A stretch of 64,000 nucleotides of DNA from an uncultured Gemmatimonadales bacterium. Its GTDB lineage: Bacteria > Gemmatimonadota > Gemmatimonadetes > Gemmatimonadales > Gemmatimonadaceae. Location of the stretch: positions 544,001-608,000 of the forward strand of contig CAVPQB010000006.1 in assembly GCA_963707505.1 (NCBI GenBank), read 5' to 3'. Each line of letters begins with the position of its first letter. The stretch's first letter is position 1. The notes beneath the pieces were generated by a model. It did not search any database. It was not told where the DNA came from and saw only the letters and a list, made by a program, of their open reading frames with translations. The position numbers were made by a program, and so were the translations under genes. Below, piece after piece: positions 47,376 through 58,437 of the stretch.

Positions 47376-49510
47376 TTCACAGATGGCTTCTCGCTCAACC
47401 CTCTCTGCTGCAATAACGGCTCGATCCGCGGATCTCTTCCTCGGAATGCGCGATACATCGCGCCGACATCTTCGGTGTTTCCTCGCGACAGTATCATGTC
47501 GCGAAATTTCTGCCCGTTCGCGCGCGTCATACCGCCGTGCTCCGTGAACCATGCGTACGCGTCATCATCCAGCACCTCGCTCCACAGGTACGCGTAGTAT
47601 CCCGCCGCGTAGCCGTTGTCCCATATGTGCGAGAAGTACGTCGAGCGGTAGCGCGGCGGAACCTCCGGCATGTCGACCTTGAAGCGCTCGAGCGATGCTG
47701 TCTCGAACGAGTCGACGTTCTGCAGTGGTGCGTCCGGTGGAAGCGTATGCCACGCGAGATCGAGCAGCGATGCAGCGAGATATTCCGTGGTGGCAAAGCC
47801 CTGATTGAAGGTGCTTGCGCGCCGGATCTTCTGTACCAGCGCTTGCGGCATCGGCGCGCCGGTCTGGTAATGTTTGGCGTAGTTCGCGAACACTGTCGGC
47901 TCGAGCGCCCAGTGCTCGTTGAACTGAGATGGAAACTCGACGAAGTCGCGCGGCACGCTGGTTCCTGCAAGCGTTGGGTATTCAACGTTCGAGAACATCC
48001 CGTGCAGTGCGTGGCCGAACTCGTGGAACATCGTCGTCACTTCGCCGAAGGTAAGCAGCGCTGGCTGGCCCGGCGCGGGCTTGGTGAAGTTCTCCACGTT
48101 GTACACGACGGGCTTGGCGCCGAGCAGCCCTGACTGGCCCACGAAGCTGGATGTCCATGCGCCACCAGCCTTGTTGTCACGCTTGAAGGGATCGTAATAG
48201 AAGAGCGCCAGCGGCTTGCCGTTGGCATCCCGCACCTCGAACACGCGCACGTCGGACTGATATACCGGTATATCCTTTCGCTCGGTGAACGTAATTCCGT
48301 ACAGCTTGTTCGCCGCGAAGAACACTCCATCCTTCAATACACGGTTCAACTCGAAGTATGGCTTGAGCTGCGTTTCGTCCAGATCGTATGATTTCTTGCG
48401 TACCTGCTCGGAGTAATACTGCCAGTCCCACGGCGCGAGCTTGAATCCGCCATTCTCCTGATCGATCAGCTTCTGCATGTCCCGAGCCTCGCCGCGCGCC
48501 TTGGCCGTTGCCGCGGGTACGAGATCCGTCAACAGCTTGAGAGCTGCGGCAGGAGTCTTCGCCATCTGATTGTCGAGCACGTACGCAGCGTAGTCGGGAT
48601 AGCCAAGCAACCTGGCACGCTCCGCGCGGATCTGTGCGATGCGCGCGATGGTTGTGCGCGTGTCGTTGGAGTCACTGTGCTCGGCGCGCAGTATCGATGC
48701 GTTGAATAGTTGTTCGCGCACGCCCCGGTTGGTGAGCGATGCCTGCGCCGGCTGCTGCGTGGTGTTCTGCAACGGCAGAACCCACTTCCCGCGCAGTCCG
48801 CGTTCACTCGCCGCCTGTGCTGCCGCGGCGAGATCGGCCGGACTCAGGCCAGCCAGTTTGACGGTGTCATCGAGCACCAGAGCGCCAGCCTTGGTCGCTG
48901 CGAGCAGTTTGCTCGAGAACTCGTTGCGCAGCTTCGATTCTTCCTGATTGAGAGCGCGGAGCCTGACCTTGTCCGCTTCCGGCAGATTTGCGCCGGCGCG
49001 CACGAATCTTATGTAATACCGTTCAACGAGATACTGCTGCTCGGCGTTCAGCCCACCGCTCTTGCGATGATCGTAAATCGCTTTGACGCGCGCGAAGAGC
49101 TTGGGGTTCAGGTTGATCGCGTCGCTATGTGCGGCGAGCTTGGGTGCTTCCTCACGTCGCACGCGCTGCAGCGTCGGATTCGTGTTCGATTGAGTGAGAC
49201 CGCCGAACACTCGCTGTACGCGACTCAGCAACTGGCCCGATCGCTCCAGCGCAACAATGGTGTTGTCGAATGTCGGCGCCGCGCTCTGGTCGGCAATCTT
49301 CGTGACGTCGGCGAGACTCTGCCGCATTCCTTCCTCGATCGCCGGCTGAAAATCAGAATCCTTTATCCTGTCGAACGGCGGCGCCTCGAATGGAAGCGTG
49401 CTCGCCGTGAGAAGTGGATTCTGTGCCGTTGCCGCAGTCTGGGCGGCCAGAGGTGAAACGGATATCACCGTGAGGCCAACGGTGATCACCAGCGAACGGA
49501 AGCCCGACAT
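47372..49510 (-). CDS. dcp: M3 peptidyl-dipeptidase Dcp-like
   Basis: NPLL..S.LP..APPFD, K.GGAW, FHEFGHALH, RDFVEFPSQ, GYAAGYY.YLW. Confidence 0.93.
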   Translation of the reverse strand: MSGFRSLVITVGLTVISVSPLAAQTAATAQNPLLTASTLPFEAPPFDRIKDSDFQPAIEEGMRQSLADVTKIADQSAAPTFDNTIVALERSGQLLSRVQRVFGGLTQSNTNPTLQRVRREEAPKLAAHSDAINLNPKLFARVKAIYDHRKSGGLNAEQQYLVERYYIRFVRAGANLPEADKVRLRALNQEESKLRNEFSSKLLAATKAGALVLDDTVKLAGLSPADLAAAAQAASERGLRGKWVLPLQNTTQQPAQASLTNRGVREQLFNASILRAEHSDSNDTRTTIARIAQIRAERARLLGYPDYAAYVLDNQMAKTPAAALKLLTDLVPAATAKARGEARDMQKLIDQENGGFKLAPWDWQYYSEQVRKKSYDLDETQLKPYFELNRVLKDGVFFAANKLYGITFTERKDIPVYQSDVRVFEVRDANGKPLALFYYDPFKRDNKAGGAWTSSFVGQSGLLGAKPVVYNVENFTKPAPGQPALLTFGEVTTMFHEFGHALHGMFSNVEYPTLAGTSVPRDFVEFPSQFNEHWALEPTVFANYAKHYQTGAPMPQALVQKIRRASTFNQGFATTEYLAASLLDLAWHTLPPDAPLQNVDSFETASLERFKVDMPEVPPRYRSTYFSHIWDNGYAAGYYAYLWSEVLDDDAYAWFTEHGGMTRANGQKFRDMILSRGNTEDVGAMYRAFRGRDPRIEPLLQQRGLSEKPSVK

Positions 49511-49640
49511 CGTGCTCTCTCCTTGGATTTACGCTACAAGGCGCCTCCAAGCATACGGCGCGGAGAGAAATATCGGGAGATGCGTGCGGGGCGCCGTTCG
49601 GGTGCGGGACGACGAGACTATACGTCCCGCGCCATCCCCC

Positions 49641-50102
49641 TTACGGTTGGATCGGGAACGGTGCGTCGCGGAAGACTTCGGCTTCTGTCTTGTATCCACC
49701 GCGTGGCGCCTGTTGCACCGGTGTTGGGCGACGCGTCGCCTCTCCGGTTGCAGGCGTTGGTGTCACCGCAGTTGGTGCGGCCGCTACTGCTTGCGGTGGC
49801 GTCACAGGCTGCGGCGCAGCTGCGACCGGCTGGACAACTGCAGGCGGCGGCGCTCTGTGCTCGGCAACCTGTTTCTGGGCTGGCGCTGGTGCGCGTGGCG
49901 CATCGGGGGCCCGCTCGACCGCCGAAACCACATCGCGGCTTCCGGACGTGGGCGCGAGCGTCAGCGAGGACGACGTCGACGACGCTGCGTCGAGATCGCG
50001 ACTCAGATCGGAAGACGGCTTGGCCGGTGCGTTGCACGCCGCGAGCCCAGTGACAGCGACCAGCGTCAATCCGGATAGCCATGTCGAGCGTCGTGTCTTC
50101 AC
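49641..50102 (-). CDS. Pro/Ala-rich hypothetical lipoprotein
   Basis: GAGGA RBS, GTG start, lipobox LAAC, low-complexity body, C-terminal APFPIQP. Confidence 0.65.
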   Translation of the reverse strand: MKTRRSTWLSGLTLVAVTGLAACNAPAKPSSDLSRDLDAASSTSSSLTLAPTSGSRDVVSAVERAPDAPRAPAPAQKQVAEHRAPPPAVVQPVAAAPQPVTPPQAVAAAPTAVTPTPATGEATRRPTPVQQAPRGGYKTEAEVFRDAPFPIQP

Positions 50103-50300
50103 CGCATCCTCCACAGGATCATCAGTTAAACCTATTCTATAGTACTCCACACCGGTTTCTCCGAGCCATTAAATACATCGAAATCCCAAGTCGAACGGGC
50201 GTTCGGAAAATTTACCCGCCAGACTTGAGCGAATCACCCGTATGTGCCCGTTTCGTGCAAGGGCAGGGTGATTTGGCAGTGTATCAGGGGGCATCGAAGG

Positions 50301-50792
50301 GTGGACACGTTTCTTGGGAGAGCACTTACTGACGCCGCGACAGGCCTGCCGAATATCCCCTATTTCCGGATAATTCAGAACTGGGAGGAGCGGCGGGCCA
50401 AGCGCAGAAACACCCTGGTGAGGGTGATACGGGTCGCCGCCGAGGGAGGCGCCGAGAGCATGCGGCGCGCCCTGTTGTGGCGACTCTGCCAGGAGCTCCG
50501 GACTTCGGACCTGATCGCGTCGGAGGGCAGAGACACCTTCCACATTCTGCTAACCACACCCGATGCCGAGAATGCTGCTGCGATCGCTGAGCGAGTTCAG
50601 CGCCTCGGCGCCACGCTGGGGGAGTGCGACAGCGCCGAATGCTCGCCGCTCGTGCTGCGGACGGCGATCGAGCCGCCGGCGGGATATGTCGCCGACAAGG
50701 GACCGTGCGACCCCTGTGAGGAGCACGAGCTGATCAAGCCGCCACCGGCCGCGACGCGTGGTGAGGAGCCCGATCCTGACAATCCGGCCTGA
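50301..50792 (+). CDS. Degenerate GGDEF-like protein
   Basis: LTD.ATGLPN..YF, LRTSDL.ASEGRDTF.ILL (GGDEF replaced by GRDTF). Confidence 0.6.
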   Translation: MDTFLGRALTDAATGLPNIPYFRIIQNWEERRAKRRNTLVRVIRVAAEGGAESMRRALLWRLCQELRTSDLIASEGRDTFHILLTTPDAENAAAIAERVQRLGATLGECDSAECSPLVLRTAIEPPAGYVADKGPCDPCEEHELIKPPPAATRGEEPDPDNPA

Positions 50793-50933
50793 TCCCACCG
50801 CGCGCGCAACGTAATAACGCTGGCCCAGCCCCGGGCCGCAGAGCATTTTCAATGCTCACCCATGACCTGGAAGTTTCGTTTGACTGACGAACTCGGATCG
50901 CGCGCATGCACGGCCATTCGGCGTGCGCGTCCC

Positions 50934-52582
50934 ATGCACGCTATCGCTGGAGATTGTTTCGTTTCGCTGGTCGCACTCTGTCTGTGCACCGGGACGAGCG
51001 CGCTCGCACAATCCACAAGATCTGCACCGGGCAAATCGTCGACAAATCTACGCCCGCCAAATCTGCGCCCGCCAAATCTGCGTCGATAAGGAGTGCTGAG
51101 ACGTTCGTGTTGAAGAGCGGCAACGACACAATCGCTGTCGAGACGATGCAACAGGACGGCAACGACATCACCGCGGCGATGGATGCGCGCGGCAGCAGTC
51201 GTTACACGCTGGATGTGAAAGTCGATTCGCAGAGTCTCGTGTCGCGTCTCGAGATCAAGGCGTACGGTGAAGCGGGCACGACACCCACGGCGCACGCAAT
51301 AGTCGCGATCGTCGATGACAGTGTATTCGCGCAGGTCGGCACGGGAATACAACGCGCCGCCACCAAGGTCGGCGCAATTCCATGGGTCAATCCGTCGTTT
51401 GCGTTGCTGCAGGTGCTCGTGCAGCGCGCACGCCGACTCGGAGCGGGGCCTGTCACGATCCCTCTCTTTCTCATCGAGGGTGGCAGCACGGTATCGGCGA
51501 CTGTCACGCGGCTCGGCGCGGATTCCACGATCGTCGACGTGGGTGGCGCGGAGCTCCGGTTGCACACGTCACCGAACGGAGAGGTGTTGGGCGGCGCGGT
51601 TCCCGCACAGCATTCGGAGATCGTACGCCACACGATTCCGTACTCCGCGAGCGGTGTCGCGCTCGCCAAACCTGATTACTCCGCGCCGGCGAACGCGCCG
51701 TACACGAGTGAAGACGTGAGAGTGAATACTCCCGGATCGTTCGTACTGGCTGGAACCCTCACGATGCCCAAGCGGCGCAACGCGCGCGTTCCCGCGGTGG
51801 TCATGATAACCGGCTCAGGACTCGAGGATCGCGACGAAACGGTCCCCGGTGTGAATGGTTATCGCCCGTTTCGCCAGATCGCCGACACGCTCAGCGCGCG
51901 CGGTATTGCGGTCCTGCGCATGGACGACCGGAGCTTCGGCGCATCTGGCGGCGATGCTGCTTCGGCCACCACGGCTGATTTTGCGAATGACATCCGCGCT
52001 GCGCTTGCATATCTCAAGTCGCGTCCCGACATAGATGACAGGCACCTCTTCCTGATCGGACACAGCGAGGGTGGCGAGATCGCGCCGATGATCGCTGCAA
52101 CCGATCCGTCGCTCGCGGGAATCGTGACACTTGCTGGTCCGGCGTCGACCGGCCGTGAGATCAGCCACGCGCAGCTCGAGTACGCTGTCACGCGTGACAC
52201 TGCGCTCAGCGCCGCGCGACGCGACTCCATACTGAAGGGCCAGGACGCGATCCTGGATTCGGCGGCGGCGCATCAACCGTGGGTGAAGTACTATCTGTCG
52301 TACGATCCGATCGCCACGGCGAAGAACGTGCGCGTTCCTGCGCTGGTGCTTCAGGGTGGCAACGATCGACAGATCAGCCCGGATCAGGCGGAGAAGCTCG
52401 CGGCAGCGCTCCGGGCCGGTGGCGACAAGGATGTAACAGTGCACGTCTTTCCAGAGCTCGACCATCTATTTCTGGTGGACCCGACCGGCGACCCGAGCGG
52501 TTATCCGCGGTTACCGTCCAAGCTTATCGGCGCTGACGTTTTGGGGACGATCGCCGATTGGGTGAGCGAGCACGCGAAGTAG
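50934..52582 (+). CDS. Secreted alpha/beta hydrolase; 5' end frameshifted in a 15-bp repeat
   Basis: LAGTLT.P, ITGSG..DRDE, GHSEGG, GGNDRQI, LDHLF; signal peptide lies in a different frame. Confidence 0.85.
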
Positions 52583-52696
52583 AGCGACCACCTTCGACTC
52601 CGGACCGCGTCCCCGTGACGCGGAATGTCAGATGGGGTTGATCTGCGGCGAGTGCAGCGGCTGCAAGACCAACCCCATCCTCCATCCCAAGTTCAA

Positions 52697-53116
52697 CTAC
52701 GGACCGTAGCCCGGAGGCGGCGCCGGGTTGTTCGTCGTGGACGATGCGGCGACGACGATGGTGCCAGTCATCTGCGGATGGATCGTACAGTGGAATGCGA
52801 AGGTTCCTGCTGTGGCGAATGTCCGTGATACCGAAGTGTCCGCATTGACACCGGGTATGTCGCCGGGCGGATTGGTTCCGGTATCGAACTTCACCGCATG
52901 TCCCACCGCTCCGAAGGCGAAGGTAACCGTGCCGCCGGGCGCGATGGTGACGGCGTTGGGCGAGAAGGCCAGTTGTGGTGTCGCGGCTACCGTTGCGGAT
53001 TGCGGAGACGGCGCCGGCGGTCCCATGGTTCCACCTCCGCCCGAGCCTGACGATCCGCACGCGACAAGCCCCGCGGAGAGCACTACGGTAGCCACTGTCA
53101 GGTGTCCAAGGTGCAT
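52697..53116 (-). CDS. Cupredoxin (plastocyanin-like) lipoprotein
   Basis: Lipobox LVAC; GH.V.F...FHCTIHPQMTG. Confidence 0.85.
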   Translation of the reverse strand: MHLGHLTVATVVLSAGLVACGSSGSGGGGTMGPPAPSPQSATVAATPQLAFSPNAVTIAPGGTVTFAFGAVGHAVKFDTGTNPPGDIPGVNADTSVSRTFATAGTFAFHCTIHPQMTGTIVVAASSTTNNPAPPPGYGP

Positions 53117-53367
53117 TTCAGGTACCTCGATTGTAAAGATGAAGTGTTACCTGATGGATATCTGACTGGCGTACATGTACGTAACAACCACATTGCGAGA
53201 GAGCGCACGTGTAGCACGGTGAATCGCATGTGGTTGTCGGTCAACGATCCACGATGCGCGATGCGGTTGCTGTGTGGATTTCGTTGTAATTTGCGATGAT
53301 GATCGCGATGCGAGTTGACTGATGTCACGAGCATTTGCCGTGTCAGATGCACGCGAAATTTGCGACT

Positions 53368-53444
53368 CGCCGTTTGCAGGCTCAAACACGCCGTCCGAAT
53401 GCGGATATACGCCGTTCACCGTATCGCGATTCAGATGCTATTAT
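53368..53444 (+). promoter_or_regulatory. 21-bp-period direct repeats (LytTR-type) with a -10 candidate
   Basis: CGCCGT at 53368, 53389 and 53410; TATTAT at 53439-53444. Confidence 0.55.
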
Positions 53445-53450
53445 TCCATG

Positions 53451-54692
53451 ATGTCAAGTGGCACCCGAGCGATGGGGAGAACCATTACGCCGGCCTCCGG
53501 CGCCGTGTCTGATACTGGGATGCGGGGCGTCCGCTGGTGGACGATCATTGCGATCTGGTCGCTGCCCGCCTTCGTCGCATCGTACTCTTCATACGTCGCC
53601 GCGGGCGCCCAGGGGCACCCGATAGCGTTCTGGCGAGCGCTCGCGATGCAGTGCCCTGGATGGTACGTGTGGGTGCCGCTCACGCCAGTCGTGTTTGCAC
53701 TCGCGCGAAGATTCCCGGTCGAGCGGCGTCCGGATCTTCGCACGGTCGGCGTGCACCTGGCATTTCTGATTCTCGCGCTCGTCATATACACCACGATATA
53801 CGTCTGGTCCAACATCGAGTTCAGACCGTCGCCGCTCGCGCTCACACCCGCGTTGGTCAAGTCGGTGCTCATCGGCTCGATCGTCATGACGCTGGTTCTG
53901 TACGCCGCGACGCATGCGACGTGTCTCGCTCTGGATTATGCGACGCGAGATCGCGAGCGCGAGCGCCGGACATTCGAGTTGGAAGCGCAGCTTGCACGCG
54001 CGGAACTGCATACACTTCGCGCACAGCTGCATCCGCACGTTCTGTTCAACGCGCTTCACACAATCGCGTTGCTCGCGCGTCGCGATTCCAACGAAGCGAT
54101 TCGCGTTACCGTGCTGCTCGGCAACGTGCTACGAAGCGTGCTGGACAGCGGTGGCACCGATGAGCGGCCGCTGCGCGAGGAGATATCGCTGATCGAGCAA
54201 TATCTGGCGATCGAGCTGGTGCGCTTCGCTGACAGGCTTCAGGTGGTGTGGGAAGTCGAGGACGAGACGCAGGACGCGATGGTTCCCACCCTGCTGTTGC
54301 AGCCTCTGGTGGAAAACGCGCTCCGCCACGGCATCGCGCGCAGTGTGAATGGTGGCACCGTGGTCGTCTCCGCAAAACGGTCGGAGCAGAGCGTGTGCGT
54401 CACGGTCTGGAATGACGGACCGTCGCTACCCGGTGGCAGAATCGGGCGCCGCGGTGTGGGCTTGCAGAACACGGAAGAGCGGCTGCACAGGCTCTACGGT
54501 GATGCTGGACGGCTTACGATCGCCAATGATCCGCGCGGAGGCGTGAGCGTCCGCGTCTGCGCGCCGTGGCGTACCGCCGACGTCGCGGCACCTGGCGATG
54601 AGGCGGAGCTAGTGGTCGGTCCCTACACCAGGTACAGCGTGACTCGCGAGACGAACCCGGATCTCGTCGTAGCGTCGACGCCCAACAGGTAG
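53451..54692 (+). CDS. LytS-family sensor kinase (start uncertain)
   Basis: LRAQLHPH.LFNALH, L.EEI....YL.IE..RF.DRL, LQPLVENA.RHG, G.GL.N..ERL..LYG. Confidence 0.9.
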   Translation: MSSGTRAMGRTITPASGAVSDTGMRGVRWWTIIAIWSLPAFVASYSSYVAAGAQGHPIAFWRALAMQCPGWYVWVPLTPVVFALARRFPVERRPDLRTVGVHLAFLILALVIYTTIYVWSNIEFRPSPLALTPALVKSVLIGSIVMTLVLYAATHATCLALDYATRDRERERRTFELEAQLARAELHTLRAQLHPHVLFNALHTIALLARRDSNEAIRVTVLLGNVLRSVLDSGGTDERPLREEISLIEQYLAIELVRFADRLQVVWEVEDETQDAMVPTLLLQPLVENALRHGIARSVNGGTVVVSAKRSEQSVCVTVWNDGPSLPGGRIGRRGVGLQNTEERLHRLYGDAGRLTIANDPRGGVSVRVCAPWRTADVAAPGDEAELVVGPYTRYSVTRETNPDLVVASTPNR

Positions 54693-55472
54693 CCGCGTTC
54701 CGTCACGCAGTACCATCGCGGCTGATCCGTCACGTTCGCGTCTCAGCTCCGCGATCTGATCGACGTTCACCAGAATCGATCGGTGCGCGCGCGCGAAGTT
54801 GTTCGGATCGAGATCCTGTTCGATCGCGCCGAGTGTGCCGCGCAGGAGATGCGCCTTTCCCTGTGAATGGACGACGATGTAGTCGTTGTCGGCGCCGATC
54901 CATTCGACGGTATTCACGGGCACGATGATCGTACGCACTCCATGCGGAATCAGGATCCGCTGCACGTACGCCCTTGACGTGGCTGCTGGCGCAGGCGCCG
55001 CGAAATCATTTCGCGCCAGCGACAACACCGCCTGGCTCAGTCGCTCCGCACGTATGCGCGCATGCAACCGTCGCACCCGATCCATGCAGCGAGCGATTCT
55101 CGCATCGGTGAACGGCTTGACGAGGTAATCCGACGCAGCGAGGTTGAACGCTTCGATCGCGTAGCTGGAATAAGCGGTGACGAAGACGAAGATCGGCAGC
55201 TCGTCGGGCGTCGCTTCTTCCTGTAAGGTACGGACGACGTCGATTCCGTTGACGTCCGGCATCTCGACATCCAGAAAAACGACGTCCGGCCGGTGCGCGC
55301 GGATCATTTTGATCGCCTCTCTGCCGTTTCTGGCGCCCGGAAGAACTTCGATCCCATCCAGTGCGGCCAGAATGTGGCCGAGTCCGTCGCGCGCGATGGC
55401 TTCATCGTCCGCTACCAGCGCGGTGAGTGTCGCCGTGGGCGCCGTGACCGAATTCGACTCGTCGGACATCAT
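54609..55472 (-). CDS. LytTR-family response regulator
   Basis: ADDE..AR, FLDVEMP, FVTAYS.YA..AF, DYLVKPF, F.RAHRS..VN. Confidence 0.92.
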   Translation of the reverse strand: MMSDESNSVTAPTATLTALVADDEAIARDGLGHILAALDGIEVLPGARNGREAIKMIRAHRPDVVFLDVEMPDVNGIDVVRTLQEEATPDELPIFVFVTAYSSYAIEAFNLAASDYLVKPFTDARIARCMDRVRRLHARIRAERLSQAVLSLARNDFAAPAPAATSRAYVQRILIPHGVRTIIVPVNTVEWIGADNDYIVVHSQGKAHLLRGTLGAIEQDLDPNNFARAHRSILVNVDQIAELRRERDGSAAMVLRDGTRLPVGRRRYDEIRVRLASHAVPGVGTDH

Positions 55473-55560
55473 GCCATGGAGAATACCATCCGGCGGCGTA
55501 AAGGGCGAACCCGCACGCCGAATGGTTGGTATCACGGGATGAGCGGCCGGCAGCGCGGGT

Positions 55561-56265
55561 TTAGCTGATCTGATGACCCGCGAACCGATAGCCACGTTTG
55601 CGGACTGTCATCAGATAGCGCGGCTCGGACGGCACCGGCTCCAGCTTGCGCCTCAGCTCAGCAATATGAATGTCGACTGTACGTGTGACTATTTCCGAGT
55701 GGTAGCCCCAGACCACCTTGAGCAGCGTTGCGCGCGAGGCGATGGCGCCGTGCATCCGCATGAGCGCGATCAGCAGGTCGAATTCCTTGGTTGTGAGCGC
55801 AACGGGTACGCCGTTCTTCTTGACGGCGCAGGCCGGAACATCGATCTCGACGTCGCCGAAGGCGAGTACGGTCGCAGCGTCATCGTCGCTCGGCGTTGAT
55901 TCCTGCACCAGCGTCTTGAGTCGCGCCAAAAATTCCGTAGGAGCGAACGGCTCGACAGTGCACCTGTTCCCCATCGATGCTCCCAGGGCGGAAGAGCCGG
56001 TCCCGGACGCCCAGGGAGCGAGTATCAGAATCGGTGTGTCGCGGCTCGCCGAGCGCGGGGTACTGATCATCGAAAGCGGCGGTGCACTGGGAGTGCACGA
56101 GGCAATGACGATCGCACCGGGCCGATTCACTAACGTGCTGCTCGCAATTCTGAGGTCGTCGGCTTTCTGAACGTCGTAGCCAGCGGCCGCCATCAGTCTG
56201 TCGATACCTAGCGCCACACCGTATTCCGCGCCGATCATGGTGATGCAGTGTGCGGGGTTTGTCAT
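55561..56265 (-). CDS. OmpR-type winged-helix regulator with degenerate receiver domain
   Basis: Intact LTTKEFDLL..L, VWG, TRTVDIHI..LRRKLE, TVRKRGY; receiver lacks the acidic pocket and conserved KP. Confidence 0.8.
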   Translation of the reverse strand: MTNPAHCITMIGAEYGVALGIDRLMAAAGYDVQKADDLRIASSTLVNRPGAIVIASCTPSAPPLSMISTPRSASRDTPILILAPWASGTGSSALGASMGNRCTVEPFAPTEFLARLKTLVQESTPSDDDAATVLAFGDVEIDVPACAVKKNGVPVALTTKEFDLLIALMRMHGAIASRATLLKVVWGYHSEIVTRTVDIHIAELRRKLEPVPSEPRYLMTVRKRGYRFAGHQIS

Positions 56266-56569
56266 ACGTCAGCTCCGTTCAGTGGTGACGAAATACACGC
56301 AACGCTAACGTAATCCGTACAATGATGCCCTGATGCTGCCGTTGCGGCGAGGTGCACCAGCCGTGCGGCGAACGGTCCCATTCGCCGCATTCATGCACCT
56401 GTCGCAGCTATTGCCGCACCATGGTCTCCTGTCTACAGCCATTCACGAGTAGAAAGGCAGTCCGTCCCGGACAGGACCCGCTTGTCCCAGGGGTATGGAC
56501 AATCGACGTCGTAATCGACTAGTCATACGTCGAGCTTACGCATTTCGTCTTCAACCATAGCTTCATGCA

Positions 56570-57664
56570 ATGAGCGTCTTCTGGCGGCGGGCAGCGATCG
56601 TCGTGGTGGTAGCCACTGCGGTCGGCCTCTTGCTGTTCGGTTATCACTACCTCGACTTCGTGACTCGAGGAGTGTCCGCGCCGATATACGATCCTCTCAT
56701 AAGCGAGATGACCGGCGCCTGGGGTGCGGCTGTCCTGCTGATGGGTCCCGCGCTTCCCATTGTGCGCAGGATTCAGAAGCGTCGCGGAGCCATGGCGATA
56801 CCGTCGCACCTGGCCGTCCTCATTGTCTTTTCGCTGCTGCACACGTCGTGGAACGCAGCCACGCGCCAACTTCTATACACGATCTTCGGGCTCGGTCACT
56901 ACGATTACGGAATCATGCCGACGCGCTATTTCATGGAATTCCCCATGGATGTGATCGCGTACGCATTGTTCGTGTCGCTCGTGACGCTGGTCGATCACTA
57001 TGGCGCGTCTCGCGATCGCGATGTCCAGGTTGCGCGACTGGAAGGAGAGCTGAACAGCCTGCGTCTCGCGACGCTGGAGTCTCAGCTGCAACCGCATTTT
57101 CTTTTCAATGCGCTCAACACCGTATCGTCGGTGATGTACGAGGATCTCGCGGCGGCGGATAGCATGCTCGCCTCTCTCGCCGATCTGCTGCGTCGTACAC
57201 TGCGCCCAACGTCGGGGCCGGAAGTCTCTCTGCACGAGGAGCTGGAGACGTTGGATCTCTATCTCGAGATAATGCGTGCGAGATTCGCGGACAGACTCAC
57301 TGTCGACGTCGATATCTCCGATGACGTACGCTGTGCGGCAGTGCCGCCGCTGTTGTTGCAACCGCTTGTCGAAAATGCGCTCAAGCACGGCAATCCGGGC
57401 CCTTCCATTCCGGCACGCGTTACGTTGCGAGCCCGACAATCAGGCGACGATCTTCTGCTCGAGGTACAGGACAACGGTCCCGGAATCGCCGGATCTCCCG
57501 AAGCCGCGATCGGGAAGGGGATAGGACTCGGCAATACCAAGCGTCGCCTGGACCATCTTTACGGTGACGATCATCATCTCACGTTGCGCAACATGCCATC
57601 AGGCGGCCTCAGCGTCACGGTTCAGATCCCGTTTCACCGTGTTGCGCCGGAAGCAGACTCATGA
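56570..57664 (+). CDS. LytS-family sensor kinase
   Basis: ESQLQPHFLFNALN, LQPLVENALKHG, DNGPG, GIGLGNT..RL..LYG. Confidence 0.92.
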   Translation: MSVFWRRAAIVVVVATAVGLLLFGYHYLDFVTRGVSAPIYDPLISEMTGAWGAAVLLMGPALPIVRRIQKRRGAMAIPSHLAVLIVFSLLHTSWNAATRQLLYTIFGLGHYDYGIMPTRYFMEFPMDVIAYALFVSLVTLVDHYGASRDRDVQVARLEGELNSLRLATLESQLQPHFLFNALNTVSSVMYEDLAAADSMLASLADLLRRTLRPTSGPEVSLHEELETLDLYLEIMRARFADRLTVDVDISDDVRCAAVPPLLLQPLVENALKHGNPGPSIPARVTLRARQSGDDLLLEVQDNGPGIAGSPEAAIGKGIGLGNTKRRLDHLYGDDHHLTLRNMPSGGLSVTVQIPFHRVAPEADS

Positions 57665-58437
57665 CTGACGCGACCGGCCTCAAGGTGTTGATCGTGGACG
57701 ACGAGCGTCCCGCTCGACAGAAGCTGCGGAGATTGCTGAGCGGCGATACGGAGATCATTGCGATATATGAAGCGGCTGACGGCGTCGCGGCGATCGAGAC
57801 GATTCGTGCCGAAGCACCCGATATCGTATTCCTGGACGTCCAGATGCCGGGCGTGGATGGATTCGGTGTTGTCGATGCACTGCCGCCCGATGCGTTGCCA
57901 CATCTGGTATTCGTCACCGCTTTCGACATGTACGCGGTGCGTGCGTTCGACATGCACGCCGTGGATTATCTGCTCAAGCCGTATGACGCCGAACGGTTTG
58001 CGCGAGCGTGGGCGCGTGCGAAGGAGAATGTCGCGAGCAGGCGAGTGGGCGAGGAGCGCGACCGTTTGCGCCGGCTGCTCGATGACACCGAGAGTACGCG
58101 TCCGCAGCGTGCAGAACGCATACTCGTCGAGTCGGGCGAGCGCGTATTGTTGATCGCGGTGGACAGGATCGATCGCATCGAGTCGGTGCGAAATTACGTC
58201 CGGCTAAAGGTCGGACCGGACGTCTACCGCGTTCGCGGCACGCTCACGCGATTCGAACGGCGGCTCGATCCTGTGAAATTCGTGCGCATCAGCCGCTCCG
58301 AGATCGTGAATCTCGATCGCATCGCGGAGCTCCGGCCCTGGTCGCATGGCGATTACGTCGTCGTGATGCGCGACGGCTCGCAGACGCGCCTGAGTCGCCG
58401 CTATAGAGACGGGCTGGATCGGTTCGGGCTGTCCTGA
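57661..58437 (+). CDS. LytTR-family response regulator
   Basis: VDDERPAR, FLDVQMP, DYLLKP, FVRISRS.IVN, LSRRY. Confidence 0.93.
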   Translation: MTDATGLKVLIVDDERPARQKLRRLLSGDTEIIAIYEAADGVAAIETIRAEAPDIVFLDVQMPGVDGFGVVDALPPDALPHLVFVTAFDMYAVRAFDMHAVDYLLKPYDAERFARAWARAKENVASRRVGEERDRLRRLLDDTESTRPQRAERILVESGERVLLIAVDRIDRIESVRNYVRLKVGPDVYRVRGTLTRFERRLDPVKFVRISRSEIVNLDRIAELRPWSHGDYVVVMRDGSQTRLSRRYRDGLDRFGLS

